Assembly: GCF_009914755.1 (NCBI RefSeq)
Contig: NC_060947.1
Source of the DNA: the human T2T-CHM13v2.0 reference genome, Homo sapiens
Strand: one strand, 5' to 3'
DNA length: 64,000 nucleotides
Part shown: positions 14,250-25,747 of the stretch, in pieces
How positions within the stretch are numbered: the stretch's first letter is position 1
How the letters are laid out: the number at the start of each line of letters is the position of its first letter
Notes under the pieces: model-generated
Told to the model about the DNA's origin: nothing
What the model saw: only the letters and a program-made list of their open reading frames with translations
Databases searched by the model: none
Translations under genes and position numbers: made by a program

Positions 14250-16780
14250 ACTTTTGCAGGATGAAATAGTGAGCTCCTTGGTTAGAATAATGGCTGGAGT
14301 TCAGGAATTTCTATTTTTGGAGCTGATCTTGGTTCCTGCAGGGAGCTAACATTCTCTGAGAGGGGGACTGTGGAAGTGGCTGATTCAAGAGCCAGGGGTG
14401 CTACCATGAAACAAGCATAAGCCAGATAGGGGCTAGGTGACCCTGCAGCTGAGGCTGTGGTGTGGACAGCCCTGCCCAGATGTGGGAGGGAGATGAGGCC
14501 CAGATTCAGAGGGGTCTGCTGATGCCAGCACGGGTGGGCCAAGGCCGAGTCAGCCTGGGAGCACCAGATTCCCTCACAAGCCACCGAGAACACTGCAATC
14601 AACATAAGATGTCACCGACCCCTTCCCATTATCACCATGAAGACTGGAAAGCCATACGCACCATTAATCATCTTGGAAAGGAGTAGGGAGGTGGGGCAGA
14701 AAACTGGGAGACTGATCATTTTCAGCAAAACAGGGTGAGCATTTATACAAATGGACCATTCACATGATAGCATCAGCTGACACCAGATTAAACATAACTC
14801 CAGTATTTTCTCACCTTCTTGTCCAGTACAGAGGTTATACATTCATAATGAAGATCAGATCAGTCTTAGCAAGTAAATGCATCAAAGCCCCCAATCAGGT
14901 CTGAGAAGCACGAATTAATTTGTGGTCTCTGCACACCATCTCTTCCAGCTCCCCCTCTGCCCACTGTCTTATCAGTCCGTGGAAGAGGGCATTGAGACAT
15001 CCTTGCCTCCTCTTCTCCTTTAACCGAGGACAATTTTAACCTGTTATAAATTGACCCTGACAACAGAGCACAGAAAGAGGAGAGGACCAGAAGAGAGACA
15101 CACAGAGTGGAGTAACAGATGAGAGTTATTGCTGAGGTGAGCAGGGCCTCCTCAAGGCTTACAGCTGCCCTCCACAAGTGATACCAGGCTCCACTGCCCT
15201 TTATGAACACAGAAATTCTTTCTCAGGGTCTATGCCCTGGAGCTTAGAGTCAGAAAATATTCGTAGCTCTGTGTACTGCTGGAGAAAATCACAGAACCAC
15301 ATGTTAGAACCACTGCATTTTCATAGTCATCATTGTCTCCTGGGATCTCAGTGCCCAGCAGCAGGCTTTCTTGGTGACTCTTGTCCCCCCTCCAGTCCCT
15401 TCTGAGGGGATCCCAAGATTTCTCCTCTCTCCTGGAACCCTCTACCACACATCTATCCCCTCGCTTTTAGCCATAGCAAATTCCCATTCTCACCTGAGAT
15501 CCAAGCAGGTAGTGAGAGGGAGGAAGGCCTCAGTGCTGGAAAGGGGTATGGATTCCGTTGTCTTGGCAACATTCTTCTTCACATCGGCACTGGGTCACTC
15601 AGCTCAGATCCATGGTTGGTTACCTGGGAAACTGAAGCTTTATCCATCTGACTCCAGAGAATAGCAAACAAAAGAGTGGAAACTAAGAGGATTATCATGG
15701 GAGGCCACCCACAGACATGGAATCGTGACTCTCAATAGATGTGTTTGTCACAAGGGTCCTTGCACATGCAGAGACAATGTACATGTGTTTACTCAGTAGC
15801 ACTCATTGCTCCCTAGAGGAGCACAGTGACTATGGCAAAAGGTACACATTGGGGAGGCAGAGGATGAGGTGGGAATGTAGGCACGTGACAGATCATGAAA
15901 AGCATGGAACATATAATATCAACGACAACCTCTTCACTGAACGTAACCAAGATGCTGTCTCACAGTCCCTTGCAGCCATGAGTGAGCACCTCACTGTGAG
16001 GGTATGGGCAACTGCTTCTCCATAATGTACAAGGCCCCTCTTCAACGGTTGAATTTGGGGGCTACATTTAGAACTCATAAAGGCAAACTATTCCCAATAT
16101 GGTAGAAAAACAAGTCCCCAGAGCTCCAACCTTCCAAATCTATTAAGGAAGCCCAACATGTGGTAGGAAACTTTGGATTCTGGCACCATGACATTCCTCA
16201 CATCCAATATTTGCTGGATGCTATCTATGGAGTCTCCCTTAAGTCTTCTGCTTTCCAGTGGGGACCTGAGCAACAGACACTAGAGAAACTAAAGGAAGCT
16301 ATTACTTCTCTTCTCTCATCTGCTCCAAAGGCATGACTTACAATGAGAATTTTCTGCCATGCCAAATTTGCTTCCAGGCGCCTCTGGACCAAATGGATAG
16401 GCAAACACCTACCCATCAGCTTTTGCTGTAAGTGGCTCCCAGCCTAAGCCCAAAGATATTCACCATGAGCGAGGCACCACCTGGCAGTGTACTGGGCACT
16501 TCTTAAAACTAAAGCCCTTACTGGGGTAGAGCCAATTACCCTGTTATGCCCTGCACAGTGGAAGAAGCTCTCCTTAAAACTGAATCTGCAACAGAGACTC
16601 CCTTATAAAATGGTCTTCCCAGAATCCAGCTAAAATCAACCCTACTGGAGTGTCACATCCCATGAGCAAATAGCCACATGCCCTGCCCATAAGGCTAACT
16701 TGCCAAACCTCAGAAATGGCTTCATCCCTTGCTCAAGGGGAGCCAGAGGGAGGAAGGCCAGCACCCTAAAAACAAGAGAA
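14250..16780 (+). mobile_element. ancient class III (ERVL-like) internal remnant, pro-pol and probably gag
   Basis: Degenerate protease ALGHSAQI..LPG (~15590). RT YNINDNLFT..HLTVRVW..NVQGPSSTVEFGG, compare ERV-L YIDDI..KIQGPSTSVKFLG. KEAQHVVGNFGFWHHDIPHI..FQWGPEQQ, compare KEAQRLVGLFGFWRQHIPHL..FEWGPEQ. Boundaries approximate. Confidence 0.7.
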
Positions 16781-17302
16781 GCAATGCTTTTTTTCCTCTC
16801 CCAAGTATATTACCTAGACAATGGAGATATAATTAGCAAATCCCTGTAGTTATTTTTTATATAATAACCTACGACAGGATATAAACTTAAAACCACATTT
16901 ATCCTGAGTAGGATCCACTATAGTTACAGGTTTGGTGATTATAGGAAATGTCAAGACATTAGGGAAATTGAATTTTCCTTGCAGGATCCATGAACATCTT
17001 CAACCAAAGCAGAAATAGCCTAATCAGAAGAGAGGTGAGGGTTCAGGTCACCAAGTAAGGTTCAGTTGATTTGGGGTTGGAGGAGCTTCAAATCTTCTAA
17101 ATCTTCGCATAATATAGCCCTGATAATTTAAATGAGGCAGTGCTTCATAAACTTGGTTGAAATAAGAATTTCAATGGAGTCATAGTTTATTTAAAAAGAA
17201 AAATTTACCTCCAAGGGGCAGATGAAAGAGTCAGTGTTCCTCTTCTGACTGAAGGAGAAAACTCACAAATGTGAGTTTAATGTACATCTTAAAAGAAAAC
17301 AG

Positions 17303-17389
17303 AAGCTGTGATCGGTGGTTCACATGTATAATCTCAACACTTTGGAAAGCAGAGGCAGGAGGATCGCTTTAACTCAGGAGTTCGAGACA
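17303..17389 (+). mobile_element. Alu left-arm/FLAM fragment
   Basis: ggtggttcacatgtataatctcaacactttggaaagcagaggcaggaggatcgctttaactcaggagttcgagac. Confidence 0.75.
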
Positions 17390-17755
17390 TGTTGTCTGTC
17401 ATATGTGGGAGCTAAAAATTTTGATCTAATGGAGTAGAATTTTGGTGACCAGAGGCTGGGAACAGGGGGTGGGTGGGATGAAGCGAAGTTGGTTAATGGG
17501 TACATACAATTAAGTAAAAGGAATAACTTCTATTTGATAGCACAGTAGGGTGACTAATGGTAACAATAAATTATCATATATTTCAAAATGGCTAGAAGGG
17601 AAGATTTGAAATGTTCCCAGCACAAATAAATGATAAATGTTTGAGGTGATGGATATCCTAAATACCCTGATTTAGTCATTGTCCTTTGTATACATATATC
17701 AAAGTGTCACATGTACCCCATAAATATGTACAACAATGTATCAATAAAAAAGAAA
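17388..17755 (+). mobile_element. L1MA 3' end
   Basis: L1MA 3' UTR (atgtttgaggtgatggatatcctaaataccctgattt...cataaatatgtaca) with an A-rich tail. Confidence 0.8.
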
Positions 17756-17784
17756 TAAGTAAACAAAATACAATCTAATTTACA

Positions 17785-18305
17785 TTGGTGTATGTATACA
17801 CAATGGAATACTATTCAGTCATATAAAAGAATGAAATCCCATCATTTGAGGCAACATGTATGGGCTTCAGATGTGTGAGCCTGGAGGACATTAAGTGAAA
17901 TAATCCAGACACAGAAAGATAAATACCGAATGTTCTCATTGATATGTGGAAGCTTAAAGCTTTTATTTCATAGAAGTAGAGAGTGGAATCGAGATTAGTA
18001 GAGTCTGGGAAGGGTGGGGGATGAACAGGTAGAGTTTAGCTAATGGATACAAAATTAAGACTAAATAAGAGGAATAATCTCTAGTCGTCTATTTAGCACT
18101 GTAGGGTGACTATAGTTAACAATAATCTATTGTATATTTTCAAATAGCTATAAAAGAGGATTTTGAACGTTTCCAACACAAAGAAATGCTAAATGTTTGA
18201 GGTGGTGGATATGCTGATTATCCTGATTTGATCATTACAAGTTGTGTATGTGTATCAAAATATCACACTGTACCCTGTAAATATGTACAATTATTATGTA
18301 TGAAT
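17785..18305 (+). mobile_element. second, tandem L1MA 3' end
   Basis: caatggaatactattcagtcatataaaagaatgaaatcc...atgtttgaggtggtggatatgctgattatcctgatttgatc; followed by (CA)n at ~18317-18349. Confidence 0.8.
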
Positions 18306-18314
18306 AGGATATAT

Positions 18315-18352
<38 letters not shown>

Positions 18353-18399
18353 GTCCTAATTTACTAACAGAAAGCTACTAGCTCATCAAGGCCCCCTTC

Positions 18400-18950
18400 C
18401 TCTCCTTCCCTTTCCTATATGACCTACCACACTCATAAGTTATCTAAAAGTAAGTAATGAGAACTGAAACCATGCACACAGCTTACTGCCTATATGAACA
18501 AGAGTTTACTATTCCACTGGCTTCATTAACATAACATTATTACTACAATAATCTCTTGCCTGCGAAGATAAAAGTTGAACATAACTTTATTATTGATTCT
18601 AGGAACTGCATAAAAGGCCTATCCACTGTTCAGTAAAAAGTGCCAAATGGCATTTTACAACCTCAAGACTCTTTGAACCACTTGCCTTAAAATCCTTGAC
18701 TTGCTGTGTCCACCAAACCTAAAACCAGCATATCACTATTCCCACCCAATCACATCCTTCCCCTACATTGAAAGACCTGCTTTATGCCAGATTTCAAAAT
18801 ATGAATAAGTGTCCCCCAAATCCTTCTACCTCTGAGACTCTGCTAAGACCCTGTTCAGGAAGTACTCTTCCTTACAGCCTTATGCAATAAAGTTAGCTTT
18901 GCTTATCAACAAGTTATTTGGCTGATATTTGGGGAGTACAGCATATGATG
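18400..18950 (+). mobile_element. old ERV LTR-like sequence, family not assigned
   Basis: LTR-like 3' region gcaataaagttagctttgcttatcaacaagttatttggctgatatttggggag. Confidence 0.45.
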
Positions 18951-19166
18951 AGTATAGTCACCACTGCTGTACTTCATGTCAGAGTAGACTGAGCCTAAAT
19001 CCTAGGTCCAGTATCTATGGATATTTCTGAACCATGCACTGTGACCACAGGCATATTCAGGGAAATCAGTTACCAGTCAGGAGATTTAAATGTAAAAGAA
19101 CGTAACCAAAAAAAGGAAACAGGTCTTAATGTATTTATTCTACGATGCCGCTATGGTCTTGCTGTT

Positions 19167-19184
19167 GTGGCGCCCCCTGGACAG
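19167..19184 (-). promoter_or_regulatory. CTCF/BORIS-like motif upstream of the PAGE-like exon 1
   Basis: Reverse complement reads TGTCCAGGGGGCGCCAC (AGGGGGCGC core). A GC box lies at 19355-19364. Confidence 0.5.
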
Positions 19185-19449
19185 GGTAGGAAGGTGGGCC
19201 ATAGAGGGGAGGTGGATCAGCTCAGAAAAGGGTGAGTTGTGAAAGGAGACACTATCTGAAGTATTTGAGTCCTGGAGGCATATGAAACTGCCCACAGATA
19301 ACTGATTCTGGAGTTTTTAGTGGGGACCTGGGAAGGGGCAGGGTGGAGTAGGATGGGGCGGGGCACTGCAGTCTAAGAGGCAAGAGCCGGCCTCAGTGCA
19401 CATGTTTGCTGGGTGTCTTCCCGTCTGCCCCTTCGCACTGCGTGGTGAA

Positions 19450-19522
19450 TGCCGCCAAGCTGCGCGGGTGCTGGTTACATTCCTACCGTCTGGACTCTTT
19501 CTGGATGACTGAGACACAGCTG
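19450..19522 (+). pseudogene. PAGE/XAGE-like non-coding exon 1
   Basis: ttcctaccgtctggactctttctggatgactgagacacagctg|ataggtcc resembles GAGE/XAGE exon 1 (cctgccgtccggactctttt..ctactgaga..g|gtaggtcc). Donor GT>AT. XAGE-like intron 1 follows. Confidence 0.75.
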
Positions 19523-19879
19523 ATAGGTCCATAGGTCAGTCCTCCCAGGAGTTTAAGTGTCAGTGAAGTGTCAGGTGGAGTTAGCAGGCTTTGGGCAGGT
19601 CAGGCAGTGTGGTAGGTGGCTTCACAGCGGGAAGGGCCTGGAGGTCATTGTTCTTTTAAGAGGTGGCTATTCTGCCGCCAGCCTTGTCGTTGTGGGACAG
19701 GGGAGGAAAGTGGGTCATGGAGGGGAGGAAGGTCAGCAGAAGATGAGGTGAGTTTTGGAGGAGGACATTATTTGAGGCATCTGAGCCTTTGAGGCTATGA
19801 AACCGCACACAGAGGATGGATTCCGGAGTCTTTAGTGGGGAACTGGGAGAGAGGGTGGGACAGACTGGTGCACCACAGC

Positions 19880-20604
19880 TGCCATGAATGGTGACAAGTT
19901 GGACATAACCAGGTCCACATGTGCTTGTGCCTTTCCACAATATCAGGCTTTTATTGATGCTAATTCAGTCGTAAAAGCCACAAGCTACACGGAGTTCCTA
20001 AGGAGGCAGTTCTCCTTAGCACTTATCGTTCACCTGGTAGTTAGAGCAGCAGGCACACAAACTCAAGCCACTCCACAAGTCAGTCAGTATTGCAAACCAT
20101 ACATAACAGTATGCTAAATCAATTTATAAGTGTTATAAGTTAAACATTCCACAACAAAGTAACACTTTTCATCAAAGTAAAACTTTTTCATTGAGAGGAA
20201 AAAGAGGACAAAGGGTTAAGGAACCAGTCCAGGGGGGGTGAAGAAGACAAAAAGAGTCCTGGTCTGGGCTGAGTGGTCCATGGGTCTTGCAAGGAAGTCT
20301 TTGACGTGGCAGAGCCTTTGGCAGCAAATGCCAAGTTCTTGTCATGATTGATTGCAAGAAGGTGTCAGTTAAGACAGATGTTTGAAACTGCTGAAGGCCT
20401 AATCTTTTATAGTCACAGGGTCCTCTGGTAAGAGCTGATCGTGGAAGAGTGCTTGTTTGTGTCCTTATCTGGTTGGATGCAGTCTTCATGTTTTATTTGT
20501 TTATTAAACAAAACATGCTATTATTGTTGGCAAAGTGCCCTATGAAATATAAAATGGAGTATTTTTCTAAGATGGTGTTAGTTATGTCAAGGGTGCTCTA
20601 TACA
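19880..20604 (-). mobile_element. 3' LTR, LTR47-like, ~725 bp
   Basis: Minus strand begins TGTATAGAGCACCCTTGACATAACTAACACCATCTTAG (LTR47-like) and ends TCATGGCA. AATAAA at ~19950. Preceded by PPT-like aaaatcttggagtagat (20605-20621). Confidence 0.85.
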
Positions 20605-21084
20605 ATCTACTCCAAGATTTTAGTAATCATAATGCAAACAATGTTTGAGGAAGGGGTTACAAAAATAAAAAATGACAAGTCACCATGGGAATTAATTTCC
20701 TCTTGGTAACTTGTTTACAATTTTGTGTTACAAAGGCTGAAAACGCAGATCTTAAGTATATGGTAAGCAAAGAGGATGTTTACAATGAAGATGACAACGT
20801 TCTGTAAATGTTCACAGATATATTTAGACCAATTCCAGAGTCCAGTTTTTAATATATTGATTGGGTTCCAGTCTGACCATGAGCCTTCATAAGGGGTATG
20901 GCTAAAAGTCTTCTTAATCATTTGGAAGAAGATGCATCTTCTGTGTAAGCCATCTAGTTTGAATGCTATTTTATTTGTGTTTAGTATTGCTAGTCCATGT
21001 GTTACTACCTCAGTGGTGTGTTTTAATTGTGCTAATTCTGTTTGGAATGTGTCATGAACTTGTTGAAGTTCCTTAGAGCTTCCT

Positions 21085-21465
21085 TGTGAAAGAGGAAAAG
21101 TTCCCTTATCCCCTCACAGGGCATGTGATGTGGGTGTGGCTTGCTTCTTCAGTGCCTGCTGCTCAAACCTCTAGGGGGAGCATGCAGACAGGCATGTTGT
21201 GGGGCTCTGACCCCAAGGCAGTGTCTAGGGGTGAATGCTTACAGCTCCTGAAGCCCCAGTGGGAGTGTGTTACAAGGTGCTCTTTTAGTTTAGCCATCTG
21301 TAGGCAGCTTGTGTTAGCTCAATTAGACTCCCTACCTTATCGCGAGGACAGAGGGCTTTCTGTATGCCAGGATTTCTTGCCTTGGTGTACTGGAAGAATC
21401 AGATCACATGTGGGTTTGGAGAATGAATGCAATGTTTTATTGAGTGGAAGTTCTCAGCAGATGGA
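21085..21465 (-). mobile_element. LTR1/LTR27/LTR28-type ERV1 LTR 3' fragment
   Basis: gaaaagttcccttatcccctcacagggc...aaacctctagggggagcatgcagacagg...gttttattgagtgg, recalled as the antisense end of HUERS-associated LTRs. Confidence 0.65.
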
Positions 21466-21983
21466 TGTTGCAGGAAGTCAGGGACCCCAAACGGAGGGAC
21501 TGGCTGAAGCCACGGCAGAAGAACGTAAATTGTGAAGATTTCATGGATATTTATTGGTTCCCCAAATTAATACTTTTATAATTTCTTATGCCTGTCTTTA
21601 CTGCAATCTCTGAACATAAATTGTGAAGATTTCATGGACATTTATTACTTCTCCAATCAATAATCTTATAATTTCCTATGCCTGTCTTTACTTTAATCTC
21701 TTAATCCTGTCATCTTTGTAAGCTGAAGATGTATGTCACCTCAGGACCCTGTGATGATTGCGTTATCTGCACACATTGTTTGAAAAGCACGTGTGTTTGA
21801 ACAATATGAAATCTGGGCACCTTGAAAAGAACAGGATAACAGCGATTTTCAGGGAACAAGGAAGATAACCATAAAGTCTGACTGCCTGTGAGGCCGGGCA
21901 GAACAGAGTCATATTTCTCTTCTTTCAGAAAGTGAATAGGAGAAATATCGCTGAATTATTTTCTCAGCAAGGAATAACCCTGG
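21466..21983 (+). mobile_element. MER11 (HERV-K11/HML-8) LTR 5' portion
   Basis: tgttgcaggaagtcagggaccccaaacggagggactggctgaagcc and the internal repeat aaattgtgaagatttcatgga. Confidence 0.88.
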
Positions 21984-22336
21984 TAAATGCATATCTGATT
22001 GCCTTCTTTAGAGAGGCTCATCAGAAACTCAAAAGAATGCAACCATTTATTTGTCTCTTATCTACCTATGACCTGGAAGTCTCCTCCCTGCTTCGAGTTG
22101 TCCAGCCTTTGCTTCGAGTTGTCCCGCCTTTTCCAGACTGAACCAATGTTCATCTTACATATGTTGATTGATGTTGCATGTCCCCCTAAAATATATAAAA
22201 CCAAACTGTGCTCTGACCACCTTGGGGACATGTCATCAGGACCTCCTGAGGCTGTGTCACAGGCATGTGTGCTCAGCCTTGGCAAAATAAACTTTCTAAA
22301 TTAACTGAGACCTGTCTCAGATATTCAGGGTTCACA
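21984..22336 (+). mobile_element. MER4A-type LTR 3' portion
   Basis: taaatgcatatctgattgcc...aaaataaactttctaaattaactgagacctgtctcagatattcagggttcaca. Confidence 0.82.
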
Positions 22337-25300
22337 GTTATAATAGGTCAGTGTGTTGTTCCTCTCTAAGCTTATTATCTAATTGAAGTTTCATAAGTCT
22401 AGAGTCATTGTGGGGATTTTCGTGATGCTGATAGTTGAGTAATCTAGTTTAGGAACTTTGTCCTGACAGGTAGAGTATATAGTGTTTGATCATTGGAATA
22501 TTAATTCTTTTTGTATAAAATAACCATCAATAAATAGTGGTCTTTCTAAGGCAGTTATATGTAGATTATGTCTTATCTTTCTGTGTAATTGCCATTGTGT
22601 CTTATGCCATTGAGTCTCCTCCTCTTAATTCAAGTAGATTTAATATACATTGCCCTGAATCCTGATGCTTTGGATGTATCCAATTTAACTATAGACATTT
22701 TGTCCCAATTTTCTGTGAATAATTTTCCTGATGTGTATAATGTTCCTTATGTCATTCCAAGTCTGAGTTAGTAAAATACTTAGCCTAATACACTGTGTTT
22801 GCAGCAAGTTTTTCACCATAAAGTTTCTTAATGTAAATAGGTTAGTTTTTAGGTGTTTAACTTGTGATCAATATTGTAATTGAATTCCTTTTGGGATTCT
22901 GGGAGGTCGTGTGTATGAGTCATCATTGACTATATCTCGTTAATTGCCTATGAGATAGATGAAAGTATAGATGTGGTAGTTGTTTGCAGGAGTTACGTTT
23001 ATGTTCATAGGTCTGTATTAACTTCCTAAATTTTTGCTTCTTGTATTCCTGAAATGACTGAGTTTGAAATAATTCCAATTGCTGCAAATAGTTGTGGTGG
23101 TTTTCTTAGATGATATTTATCTAGTGAAGGTAAATTTGGTAAAATGAACTGCTTGTCATATCCTTGTCCCTCAAATTACATAACTTGTGGTTTGATGTAT
23201 GTGACTTTAAGTTCTTTTTTGAAAAATATTTTGACTCTCCTAGGTGCTGGTTTGTAAATTAATCTTAATGGGTTAATTAGGATAGGTTCAACTAAATTTG
23301 GTTTTCATAATTTAGATAGAGGGTTTGTTATTCCTTTGGTACACTGTGGTGTCCAGTGGTGTGTTCCTAAGCAATGTGTCAGTCCAGCATCCTCTGCGAA
23401 TTATGCATGGCCCAAGGTTCTGGGGTTTAACATAGCATTTTGCAAAAGAGATATCTCTAGCTACAAATACAGGTAAGTGGGAGTCTAGTTTGGCTATATT
23501 TTGATAAATAGGATGTTGGACTGACCATATAACTTTATTCTATGATCCATCAAATGGCTGAATCATGAAGAAAAAGTAATTTGACATACCTGAGTCTATT
23601 TTTGTGACTTTATCCATATTTATTTTGGTTCCTAGTGTTTCCCACCAGTTAATTGACTTAAATTGTGTATTGTTTCTATCTACATCTTCAAAATTAAAGT
23701 TTACATCATCCTGAATTACCAGTGGATACATTGTAAAAATAACTTGATTTTGTATATACTTAGTTTTCCTGGTAAATTTGTCTAATATAGTTATGTCTCT
23801 TGGTTCATTTCCTGTAAAGAATGTGCCAATAACCTCTGCTGTTTTGTAGGTCAGTGTGAATGGTCCAAGTACTAAGAGTGAGTTAGATAATAGCAGATTG
23901 TATATATCTGGTCTGTGAGTAGATGTGAATATTAATTGTTCCCATTTTGTTTGTTGTAATTTATCAAAAATAACTGTTTCTAATGTCCAGTTTCTAATGT
24001 CCATGGGTTTCTAGAAGATGTCGACATCCAGCAATCAGTAAATTTAGTAGGGATTTTCTATGTCATTGTATCTATTGTGATGACTGGGAACTAGTGTGGT
24101 TTTTGTGGTTGTGTCCAACATAAGCCTGCTTTGGTTTCTGTCACATTCCACCATAGAGTGGACTTTCCAGTTATGATAACATATCTGTCTACATTCTCTA
24201 TAAACTCTTTGCTTATTGTGTAAAGGTAGTTTTGATATATTGTAGCCAAGTTTGCCATTTAATGTTGTAAATTTAGCATGTGTTTTATTATGCCAAAGTC
24301 TGAATTGTGCTGTGTCTGTTGGTTTGTTTTGTTTTGTAAAGCCTGTTGATCTTGGAACGTGTAACCATGTTAGTAAGCAACTTATAGTGTAGAATGGGCA
24401 AGGATAAGGTTTTCATCCGTGGGATAATGAAATGTAGCTTTAATATATGTAAAGTTAAGGTTAAAGCATATTAATGTTGGTTGTCCCTCAAAATGTATAT
24501 CTTGTTGGGTAGTGTTGATTCTATTTTTTATCTTTATAAGTTCCTTATTTGTGGAGGGCAAGTATAAGTATACTTGTATTCAAGACAAGCTTTATCTACA
24601 TACATTGTTTTAGTGTGTGTTTCAAAGGTAGTGTGTGTAAAGTGATAGTCAGCATTAGTTAAGATTACTGGGTGTCATCTATGTTTTCAATATAATTCTG
24701 CCAGTGAGAATTTTTTAGCCTTATTAAAGAATTGTTACTCCAGCTCTCTTTTGTCTAATAAAAAGAAAAAAGAAGAATTGTGAGACTGTCAAATAATTTT
24801 GGCTTTTTGCGTAATAATCATAAGATGAACAGGGTGGGTGAAGGCAAAATTTCCAAAAAACAGCAAGTTAGGAAAGTTAATTAGATGATAGTTATAGTAT
24901 GTCTTATCCTCTTCTGTTGTTATTATATCATAATCTAATGGATATCCTAGTGGCATTGACACTTTTTCCTGTGGGGGTCTGATATATGGGTGTAAGATGA
25001 AGTGGTTGGTTTTGTAGCTATATTTAGTCTTGTGTCATCCCTTGAATCTACTTCATAATCATAATGTTCATTTCCTTCAAGTCCAGATTGGTACCAGAAT
25101 TCATACCAACTATTAACAAATGACTTGTAGGAGTGTCGTATCATATCCAAGCATGTCATGTGAGATCTTCCAACATATGGTTCTATCTGTGGTACTATGA
25201 TTGGGGATTGGTATGATATAGCGCTTCTTATGTAATGAACTGTTTTGATTGGCATGTCTGTTTCTATTAGCATTTCTCTACCTATTATGTGAGCCATCCA

Positions 25301-25698
25301 TGGTTTGAGATGTTATTGAATGCTTCATTGTAGCTGCATAAGTTGGGGTGTCACATTTAGTCATGTCATTTATGCATTCTTCTAAAGTATGTTTAGGAAT
25401 ATGCGCAAAGATTCTATAAAGATACAATGATTGGAAGTGTGTGTAAAAGCTAAAAGCTCTTCAGGCATTGCTTTGGGTCAAATGAATATGAACAAAATAG
25501 TCTAATTGAAGCTCTAAGTATTCTTTTATCAGTCCCTTGACTTTCTAACAATTGTTCAAAAATGATATATTTTCATGAAGTATATATTGCGGAATTTGTT
25601 CTGGTAATCGTGTGATTTTAGGTGCTGTATGAGTTGGCACTGTTGGATATGTATGTGTTTGAGGCTCAGAAATTTTAATGGTTACTTTAGGAATAAAC

Positions 25699-25707
25699 AG
25701 TAGTAGC

Positions 25708-25747
<40 letters not shown>
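25699..25747. repeat. (TAG/ACT)n microsatellite inside the env-like region
   Basis: agtagtagcagtagtagt... run; reads as 13 Thr then ATT in the env frame. Confidence 0.9.

Noticed and set aside
13401-16780. MLT2A LTR as the 5' LTR of the downstream ERVL-like internal remnant
   Set aside because: MLT2A has its own TSD and no PBS after it, and the internal remnant is far more decayed.
24955-24975. HRKKC as a CpG-decayed RKKR furin site (SU/TM boundary)
   Set aside because: No fusion-peptide-like segment follows; the RKPP|QLFAAIGII site at ~23100 fits better. Cannot be excluded without a consensus.
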